64,000 nt of DNA from Lama glama (taxonomy: Eukaryota), in the NCBI GenBank assembly GCA_028534125.1, contig CM052816.1, positions 33,482,001 through 33,546,000 of the forward strand. The letters run 5' to 3'. The translations under genes were made by a program, and so were the position numbers. Shown piece by piece: positions 54,943 through 64,000 of the stretch; the stretch's first letter is position 1; every line of letters starts with the position of its first letter. The notes below the pieces were generated by a model. The model did not search any database, had not been told where the DNA came from, and worked only from the letters and a program-made list of their open reading frames with translations.

Positions 54943-55163
54943 CAGTGGTTCTCAACAGGAAGAGGGGGTGACATATGATAAAGTCTAGAGATACTCTGGT
55001 TGTCACAACTGGCGGGGGTAGGGGTGGTTGAGGGAGGGCTACTACTGGCATCTAGTGGCTGGAGGCCAGGGACACAGCTAAACATCCTACAATGCACAGA
55101 ACTGCCCCCACAACAAAGAATTATCTGGCCTTGAATGTCCACAGTGCCAAGGTTGAGAAACTG
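54943..55163 (+). mobile_element. MER20 hAT-Charlie element, near full length
   Basis: TIRs cagtggttctcaac and gttgagaaactg. Body ggttgtcacaactgg..gctactggcatctagtgg..ctaaacatcctacaatgcacag..acaacaaagaattatc. Confidence 0.93.
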
Positions 55164-58100
55164 CTTTAAGAGAAAGAGCAAGCTCTATATGTAACCACCC
55201 TTTGCCCATCACTATAAATCGTCCTCTGTCTAGCACTCTGTCCTTATTTGATCTCCGCCACTGATCTTCCACCCAAACCTTTCATTATTTTACACCACCC
55301 ACACAATCACTGCCTTCCATTAGCAATTAGAATTTTTAAAATTGATTGCACTGAAGAGTCCCCGTTCTTTATATGCTAATACTATGCCATCAATATTTAG
55401 ATCTAACTTCCTAATTAAACCACTGGAGTTATGAAGTTTTCAGCTGATCCTACATTATCAAATAGATTTTTTAAATCATTAAGGTAAAGATTAGTTTGAG
55501 TAAAACCTTGATTCTAACGGCTACTGATTTCATGTAGTTATTCTTCAGCCTGAATTATATAATTCATTGACTCAATTATATACTACATCTTGCAGAATAA
55601 ACCTGACCTTGAATTTTTTTAATTAATATTTTTATTAGCTATGTTAGCTTTCTTGAAAGGAAGTCTGAAGAGAACTACGATTTCAGCTAACAACAACAAA
55701 AAGTCATTAACATAAAATGAAACAACTAGTAGTTGAAACAGTTCATTTGGCTACCACTCAGTACTTTACTCTCAAATGTAATACTACCAACACATAATTC
55801 ACACAGATGTAACTGAGGGTAACGTGTTTACAAGAAAGGTCTTTGAAGCTATTTTGTGGTTAGTGTTTTCTTTCTCTTTTTTTTTTCAAGTTAAGTTCTT
55901 GAGAACAAGTCAGAAACAGATAGCACCTGTCTTTTTTTTTTTCTCTAAATTAGGAGTACTTTTTACCCTTGTAACAGTATTTAAATACGGAAAAATAGTG
56001 TGTTCTTAAAGTAATGATCCTATCATAGTCTTCACTTGATTTTAAGGCTCTTTATAATGAAAGTATTTCCAAATTTAGCATTTACTATATATCAACTTTA
56101 GTGGTTGGCGTAGCTTGGAGGCATTTCATTCCTTTGAATTCAAGTTGATTTAACTCCTAATTCTAACATGCCTGTGGTAAAACAATAGTGAAGGTGAAAC
56201 TGAACCCCTTTCATTTCAGAGCCACAAAACACTCTACCAACAGAAAAGTAGCATTATATTCAACATCTACAAACTACAGAAGTGGCAGTTATCAACACTC
56301 CCACTGCGAACAAAGGAAACCAACACAGAGTGAGATTAGGATCACAGTCACACAAGTTTCAGGGAGAAGATACACAGCTCATCAGATTTTCCTTTCTCTT
56401 AGGTCACTAGAATGGAGATCTTCACATCAGGACTGACAGAGACCAACTACATGTCCAACTGTGCTTGGCCCATCTTGTTATCATTCATTCATTCTCTTTC
56501 TCTTTAAAATTACTTGTTGAATACTGAGCACTGTGCTAGGCAATGAGCACACAATACTGTACTGAACCAGCCAGATCCACAGATCCTGCCTTCCAGGAGC
56601 TTGTTGTTAGTTTTCACGCAAAGAGCCTGTGCATCCCCACCACTTGCAATCCCACCTTGCTCCTGAGTCAACTGCCAGAGAAAAAAATTAGGTGCACAGA
56701 GAACAAGAGAGGGACTGAACAGATACATTTTAAATTCCTATTAGGATTAAAAAAACACACTATCCCTCAAAAAGCTTAAGATACCAAGTGCAGTGTGTGT
56801 GGCAGGAGATCCGTAGCCAGTGAGGATACACTCGATAGGCTGGGGAGCCCTAAAGGACAGTGAGAGCGAAAGACCAAGACCCGAGAAGCGCTGTCTAAGA
56901 ACATCTCAAGGAGGGGCTCAAACAAACAGAAGGAAGGGTAAAAGGTAAGCAGAGGATCTAATTCCTTCTCAACAGGAGCCCTGGGTAGAGCCCTTCTGTT
57001 TCCATTAGAAAATGTACTGTTTCCTTGCAGGAAGCATTTGCTGGCCATTACCTAGGGCCAAAGTTATGGGTTACCAAGGAGAATACAGCCCTGCTCGGGC
57101 CTCTGGATTCCTCTGCTCCACGGTGAAAGTGCCCCTGGTCCAGTCTCCTCCTCCACTCAGCTAGTCCAAAGTACAGTGTACCCAGGAGGTCTTTGGAGAT
57201 ACTAGAGTTTTCCCAAAAATGTTTGAAAAGGGAAACCCTATAATGCTGGAGGTAAAGATAGGAGAACTTTTCTCTACTGAGCTGTGCAGAGACACTACTC
57301 AGTATTACCAGGGGCATCTGCAGGGTGTCTTTCAAAAGGACTCTGCCTCATACTTTAATCTGGCATACACAGATTTATGGCCTAAAACAGCACCTTTTGA
57401 ACTGGAGTCACAACCTACTTGTGGGATGTGAAATCAGATGGGTCCAGCCAATATTTTATAATGAACTAGAATAAAACCAAACAGTACAGAATAGGAAATA
57501 TTAGAGTACATTGTTGGTAATAAGAATAAACACTGTTTCATGGAACTTTTTTCCATTTTATACACACATATGACTCACTATCTAAGTCCACCTGGTTCCT
57601 GAGCAAGAATACACATAGCAAGGGATCCTATATAATTTTGCTTAAATTGGGTTGCCATATGAGTGATTTTTTTAAAATTGTGAATCACATGGTGTGGTGG
57701 TGTCTTGAAAGAGTGGAATGGAAATTTTTTTTAAAAAATGATTCCAAAAAAATCAGTTTTTGATCTGAGAAAGAAAGTAGAAGTAAGAATTTTTAAACTT
57801 TTCTCAAAATATTTTAATTCTGTAACTTTCACACTCATTCTTTTGTCCTAATTATCTTTCATTTGGCTTCCCTGAACTTGTATGTGTAGGAATACATCTA
57901 GTTTTGTTATAAACATTCTTTCAGTCTCATACAATGGACAGAAACAAAAGGTGAGAAATAACTAGAGACAGGACATAGGTTTGGATGCACAGAGCCAAAT
58001 CCTTACCACAAACAGCCCAGGCCAAATCCTGTCCCTCCGTATGCCAAACCACTGGACAGAATCTGGACCAGAAGCAGGCTCCCTTCTCCCTTGGAACAGC

Positions 58101-60897
58101 CTTTAAAATGCCAGTTTCTCAAATCACTGGGCAAAGGACCAACAACTCTCTAGGATATGGAGCCCCAAATAGGATCATGGCCAATTCATCTTTTTAAGTA
58201 GAACTGAATTTGTTGGTGTATCATGATTTTTGTAAACTTTTAAACAAAGTTGATAAACAAAGCAGTACTTTCAAATGTGGGTTTTTGAAAAATAAATTAG
58301 TTTGCTTGAAACTCATAGTCCCTCTCATATCTTTAAGTCCCTGCTTCACTTATCCTTAAAAAAAAGGAAGCTATCATACCCACCCTAGTCTGAATGTCAG
58401 CACCATCCAGAGGCTTCAGGTGGTTATAGCCTTGGGAATTTCATCCCTTGAAATCCCCAAATACATCTAGGGTCATATGTCCAATCTTCTTGAATTCAGG
58501 AGCCACAAGTTTACCACAGAAAATTGTAATAGATTAATCTATTACTTAATCTACACTTAATCTGGAGAGAACTGTCTACACCCTGAAACTAACCACAATG
58601 GCACCACATAACACCAGGGGCATTGTACTCTTACATCTTAATGACAGCTGTGCTACTGGTGAATTAAATGTTTTGGCTTTGGAGTCACCACTGGCAGGCA
58701 GATTCAGCCCAAGACTGGTGTGGGGAGGAAGATGACTTGTCACTCAGTCAAATCTACAATTATAATTCTGTTGCATTCTCTGGTTTTATAAATTCTTAGT
58801 AATTAAATCTGTAACATAGTTGCTTTATGTTTATTTTGTTAAAAAATAACTTTGATCATTAAGTGATAATACTTTTCAAAGTCTCAATCCAATGGAGTAA
58901 TTAAGGATGCACCCACCAATACTGCCATCTACAGAGAATTTACCTCATATACATGAACACTGAAAAAGAGAGCAGAAGTAATATTTTTAACCTTATCTCA
59001 AAATATTTTAAATCTGTGTTTTTCATGGCAATCAAACGACTAGATATCAGAGTGAGAGTCTTAGCAATATACAGCTGATTTATATTCATGCCCCCAAATT
59101 TACTGTAAAATCAAGCAAAAAGCTTTTAAAAAATATAATACTTCAAATTCCTTAGGTTTTTTTCCTATGAAGTCTACCATCCTGTATATGTATACAACTG
59201 GCAATTTATTTTTTTTCTACCCACTTTCCCATTCCTTAAATTAAAGGAAATTTCTTGAGCTTCCAGATGGTGACACTTAATCATAAAGATAATATATGCT
59301 GATGACAAGTCTGAGCCAATTAGAGGCAACTAAGGTAAATGTTACTCAGAAAGCAGTTAGATTTGGTGGTGGGACAGTCCCTATAGCGCCATCAGGCACT
59401 TCCTCAACTAAGTGGCAGTTTCTAAAACTTACTAAGTAAATAATTTTAGGTAGATTATCACCTTATTGAGAAGTTCACATTGCTGCACTGCAGCTCATCA
59501 TACAATTATGTACGCTTCAAACCTTAAAGTAGGAGACATTTCATTTTCAGCCGACTAGGGAATGCATACACAGCAGATCTTCAGATAAACACAGAAAAAC
59601 TTGATCAAAACAGGATGTTTATGTATACGTTATTCAATGCTCAAATATTTTGTAACATTTTAAAACAGTAACAACTCCTAAATTTTCATTCAGAAGTTTT
59701 GCCTTTCTTATACACACTTCTGCCATTAACAGTGGTGGAAATCTGGAAGAGAAGGGTGGCCCTTAAAGAGTCCCACAAGTATCCACATCCAGAATCCCAC
59801 ACTGCAGTCTCCAGTGCCATAAAATAGAAAATGGCTGTTAGCTAAACTCTTTACAGCAAAAAGAAAATGGAAAATAAAATTGCAAAAAAAAAATTAAGTA
59901 CAGAAGCTTCAACTTGTTAACAGTTAAAATTACACCTTTAGATTCCCTATAATAAAGGACCTGGTTCTAAAATGAGTGTTGAAAAGAAGTCTCCTTATCT
60001 AGGGGTAAAAGAAAGGAAAGAAAGAAAAAAGAAGGAAGGGAAAGAAAATAATTTTCAATGGATAAAAACATGAGAACATATGGCATCATTCACATCGCCA
60101 AACCACTACCTGTTTGGATCTTCAGAGGAGGGATGTGGGATATTCCTGTAACCCCAGGGAGAAGGCTTTCTGCATACATAATTTAAATAAATCACTCCAA
60201 CACATGAAAGAAGAGCAGCAGAACTCTTCTCACTAATTACCGCTGCCTGGACTCCATGTGTTGCTTCTTCTTTAAAGCAATACTAGTTCATTATTCTGCC
60301 TTCAACTCTCTTAAATGATTCATTCCCCCTTCACTCCTGAGCAGACTCTGCAGGGAAGCTAGTGTTTAAGTTTAATTTCTAGTGCCACTTGCTTTGGAGA
60401 GCTTGATGAGGGGAAGAAGGAAGAATCTAATTTAATAATTCTGTCATGATTTGGAGAGGCACCCTCCGCCCCGCACCCCAAAAAATAACTGGACAAACAA
60501 GACCCTCTGGCAAGCTATAATCGTGAGCAAAGACACCAATTGGGAAAGCAGGGCCCACGTGCGGTGGGAGCTGTCATCCAAGGGAAGTGGCAGCCGGCGA
60601 GGAGGAGGGTGAGTGGGAGAGTCGGACTGCTGCTCGCAGCTGCACCGGCCTGGGCGCTCCCGGAGAGACCCGGCTTTCACTTGAATGATGCTGAACTCTC
60701 TCCCAGACACTAGGCGGGTAGAAACCGAAGGGCAGGGAGGCCGGCTCTCGCATCCTCGGGAGCTGTCGCTTCGAGAGGGACAGCCCCCGGTGCTCGCCGC
60801 GGGCTTCCCCAGAAGCCCGAGCCCGCGCGCAGGGCACCCGGCTCCACTAGGTCCAGGGCGCCTTCCGCGCGCCCCAGCTCACCGCCCTCCGTCTTAC

Positions 60898-61058
60898 CGT
60901 CCCAGCTCCGACTCCACCTCGAAGAAATCGTTCAAAGCATCCCTGTTGGAGCCGTCGATCCAGTAATCCGGGATAAGGCTCCCGGCCCCCGGGGCCACAC
61001 TGGCGGTGACCGAAGAGCAGGACGAGGCTGAGCACGAGGGCACCGTGACTTTGAGCAT
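60898..61058 (-). CDS. CAMK4: Calcium/calmodulin-dependent protein kinase IV, first coding exon (codons 1-54, last codon split CG|; phase-2 intron)
   Basis: Translates MLKVTVPSCSASSCSSVTASVAPGAGSLIPDYWIDGSNRDALNDFFEVESELGR, the recognisable CaMKIV N-terminus up to the Gly-rich loop. The ATG has A at -3 (GCGAAGATGC). The exon ends at ACG|GTAAGA. Confidence 0.97.
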
Positions 61059-61136
61059 CTTCGCGGCGGGACTCCGGAAGCTGCCGCCGCTGTCGCCTCT
61101 GTTGCCAAAGCAAGCAGCCCCGCCGCCCGCTGCCGC
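61059..61136 (-). CDS. CAMK4: Putative CaMKIV-beta-type extension, part 2 (AAAGGGAACFGNRGDSGGSFRSPAAK); otherwise 5'UTR of the alpha form
   Basis: Preceded by the acceptor CTCTTGCTCCTGCGTTTGCAG|G. 78 nt = 26 codons, in frame with ATG 61058, no stop. Confidence 0.6.
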
Positions 61137-61666
61137 CTGCAAACGCAGGAGCAAGAGGTGGCGTCCTTCACACACACGCACACACCCACCGCCGCCGCCT
61201 CCCCCGCCCGGCGCCCTCAGCCGCGCTTGGGCTGCGGCTCCTTTTCTGCACAATTCGGAGAGAAAATGGGCGGAGAAGGGGGCAAGGAACTGGCAAAGGG
61301 TGTGGAGGGAGAACCCGAGTCGCTGTCAGCCGAGAGAGAAGAGGCGGAGGCACTGCTAAAGAGAGAGGTTCCCTCCCCCTTCGCTCCTTCCCTTCCCACC
61401 TCCCCTCCTCCCTCCGCCGAGCTTTCCAACCCCCTCCCTTTTTCCCTCTCCCTCCCTGGCAGTGGCTGCGGCGGTGTCGGCTAGGGCGGCTCCGGATGCA
61501 GGAGCTTGAGAAGGCACAAGGACCAGGACATCATCCCACGGGCCCTCCCCGGGGAGCCAGGAGCCTGGAAGGGACCACGCGCATTGGGACACCCCGGGAG
61601 TGGCAGTCGCCCAGCGCGCTCTGGGAGCACATGGGTCTGGGTGGCAAGCAGGATGGAGAAAGAGAC

Positions 61667-61687
61667 CTGGCTGTTGGCGCAACTCAT
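61667..61687 (-). CDS. CAMK4: Putative CaMKIV-beta-type upstream coding exon segment (MSCANSQ)
   Basis: GAGATGAGTTGCGCCAACAGCCAG|GTCTCT on the minus strand. G at -3; phase-0 GT donor. Resembles the recalled rat beta N-terminus MSCAGNDQ. Confidence 0.55.
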
Positions 61688-63329
61688 CTCTCCTTGAGCG
61701 TGTCTCGATGGTGAGCCCCTCCCACCTAACACCAGCTAACCAGCTATTTCTTGTTCCTCCCTCTGTCAAAGGTTATACTGACAGCTGGGAAGGGTGTCCT
61801 ATGGTCGCAGATCCCCCAGGGCTCCTGTGCCAGGAGCTAGTGAAAGCTGGAGGAAAGGGAAGCGCCTGGATCCACGCTGACCTGACTCACCTTTGAATGA
61901 AGTCTTCAGTTGGAATAGATGCTGTTGGCTGGCACTGCCTCCTTTGACTGTTGGAGCACCTGAAAAGGGCAGATATTTGCTATGTCTAGTTGACTCCCAG
62001 TTTCTGAAGACTAGCAAAATAAGTGACCCCGAAGGGCCCTGTGGAAGCCAACTAGTCTGGCCCTCTACCTTAAGGTGGGACTTGTCATCATTCATGACAG
62101 AGTAGATTGCTACATTTAAAGCTCTTTCCTCTTCCCAAGAGATGTGTTCCATCACAAGCATTCTAATGGCTGTCCATCAACCTTCAGGCTACCCTTCTAA
62201 GTGCTGGTTAAATCTATATCATCTATATTTCTACCCCTGAACATTTTTCTTTTTAGATTTCAGCAGAGATGAACAATAATCAGTCATTATGTTCTGTAAT
62301 AAATATTTGTATATTATATAAAGACATAATATCAGATCTCATTTCTCGCTAACTCAAAGCCCTTTATTTAATCTTACTTCACAGGTGTTACTCTTAGTCC
62401 TTTTTTTTTGGTCTGACTTTCCTGAAACATGCACTAAACTCTTCTCAGTGTGTCTCAATTCCTGATTATACCACTAAACACAGTCCAGTAGTCTCTTCTA
62501 TTATTGATTAATTTCTTACTCTTAATCAATATAGCTTTTGTGCTATATTGGTGAACTACCAAAAAACAAAAACAAAACACCAAAAATCTAACCAATTAAT
62601 GATAGGAATGTGACCCTTAGTTGATTGGGAATGAAAAATAAATACAAAAACTATCCGTCACAGGTAATTTTATGAAGATGAGCATATGCTCAGTTTACAA
62701 ATGGCCTAAAGAATAGCAAGTATATGCAGATTCTTACAAATTCAATTAAATACTGAATCATATAGTAAAAGACTGAAAATGCTCACATGACTTGTTACTT
62801 TTCAGAGAATGAATTCACTAATCTTCATGTTAGAAAACAAATTCATAAGCAAATCAAGCTGATAAAGCTCCTGAAACTAGATTCTAGTTCTTACTAAATA
62901 AGTTTCCCTTGACTTGCACTGACTGGCAGAGGGATGGGCATGAAGTAGTGGCGAGGCCATTTTTATTCACACCTCTGAGGCAAGTCCTTAAGTGGCAGCA
63001 CTGCATGTAGATACTTGTCTGTTGTGAGCAATTCTTTTATAACATAAGCCCAAAGCAAGCATATTACATTGAAAGAGATCATAAGCTTTTTTCTCCTTCT
63101 ATTTTAGAGAACAATAGCTAAGAAATACCATTTCATGGTACAGAGGTGATAGTAGAATTGATATTCAAATTCAATATTAGTTGGGTCATTTGACACTTAG
63201 GCTTTTCACAACAAACTTTTATAAAAACTGCTACTAGCTGAAGTTTGAAAAGAGGGTAAATGCAGTTTTTGTTCATTTAAAAATTCAAGACGAATAAATA
63301 TTATTTTAAAACAGATGAAACAGGAATAG

Positions 63330-64000
63330 AATACATGCAATTTATTATGACTCTGTATGAAATATTTAATATGACCAGAAAAGGAACAAGGGCATATATA
63401 TCCACAGAAAGAAAGGGAGAAATGATATCAACTAAAACCTGGAATCTCAGAACAGATGAACAAATAGTAACTCATGTAAAAGACTGAATAGACTTGAAAC
63501 CCTGATTTGCAATGGGAGGAGCCAAAATGAAGAAATATAATTCTTATCAAGGAATTTCAGAAGTACTCAAGGATTAGAGTATCAGGTCTTTCTAAGAGTG
63601 GAGTGGAGAAAAAGACATTGGTTCAATGTTTTTTTATATGAAGCTCTTAGGCCTCTATGTTTCTTCTTCTATCATTCACAGTCAAAAAACACACCCCCCC
63701 CAAACCCCTGGAAAAGAGAGTGGATTTAATCTTTGGAAATGTTGAACAATAATGAATTATGTCTTACCACAAGGTACAGCGTTGATTGTATTGAAAACAG
63801 AGGGATTCACACAGCTCTACAGAATAAATGGTGAGATTTCCAGGTCCAATAGGCAGCCAGAATGCTGAAAAATAGGGTTGTATCTATCACATTCCCAGCT
63901 ATACAGAAATTAGAGGATTTCTCAAACAGAAAACTAAACAACCCAAGGGGAAGGGGACCCATGAATACTGACAGTTAGGTTACCCCCTCAACAAAGGATC
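63330..64000 (+). mobile_element. Probable old L1M 5' region
   Basis: A-rich degenerate sequence resembling ancient L1 5' ends. No diagnostic peptide. Confidence 0.35.

Larger units (their letters stand above)
1..60897 (-). other. CAMK4: CAMK4 intron following the first coding exon (continues beyond the window start)
   Basis: GT donor at 60897-60896. No sequence encoding the expected next residues (GATSIVYRC...) was seen by eye or in the ORF track. Confidence 0.85.
60440..61720. promoter_or_regulatory. CpG island / CAMK4 promoter region
   Basis: Abrupt switch to GC-rich, CpG-dense sequence with GC boxes (e.g. CCCGCCC at about 61203) around the first exon. The rest of the window is CpG-depleted. 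Confidence 0.92.

Noticed and set aside
58397..58415. REST/NRSE site (TCAGCACCATCCAGAG)
   Set aside because: Only the left half matches; the GGACAG half is absent.
1..60897. CAMK4 exon 2, the calspermin promoter, or a nested gene or processed pseudogene
   Set aside because: No matching peptide was seen, and calspermin arises near the 3' end of the gene. A short exon or old pseudogene could be missed by eye; tBLASTn would settle it.
60894..61253. 119-aa ORF as a contiguous N-terminally extended CaMKIV
   Set aside because: It starts at TTG with no ATG upstream in this frame before the TGA at 61328-61326. Long open frames are expected in GC-rich DNA, and the spliced model explains the conserved part better.
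60444..62161. Many overlapping ORFs on both strands in the CpG island
   Set aside because: Low-complexity Pro/Gly/Arg/Ala translations with no recognisable domains; a by-product of stop-codon scarcity.

Overview
Mammalian genomic DNA, most likely camelid (inferred from a camelid-type tRNA-derived SINE and L1 3' ends). It holds the 5' end of CAMK4 on the minus strand. The first coding exon (ATG at 61058, donor after 60898, 161 coding nt) lies in a CpG island at about 60.44-61.72 kb. Positions 1-60897 are the start of a very large intron; exon 2 was not seen. The intron is AT-rich and full of L1, L2, MIR, ERVL/MaLR/ERV1 LTRs, hAT and Tc2-type DNA transposon fossils and microsatellites. Nearly all ORFs in the track are chance or transposon remnants. 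The best finding is a 21-nt upstream coding segment, ATG AGT TGC GCC AAC AGC CAG|GT (MSCANSQ, 61687-61667). It can splice in phase 0 to a strong acceptor at 61136 and add 33 aa in frame to CaMKIV, closely resembling the rat CaMKIV-beta N-terminus as I recall it. Secondary findings are unusual retrotransposition scars, an ERV-L dUTPase relic and candidate enhancers. I found no evidence of a wholly new multi-gene system. Repeat family names come from recalled consensus sequences, and many repeat boundaries are approximate.
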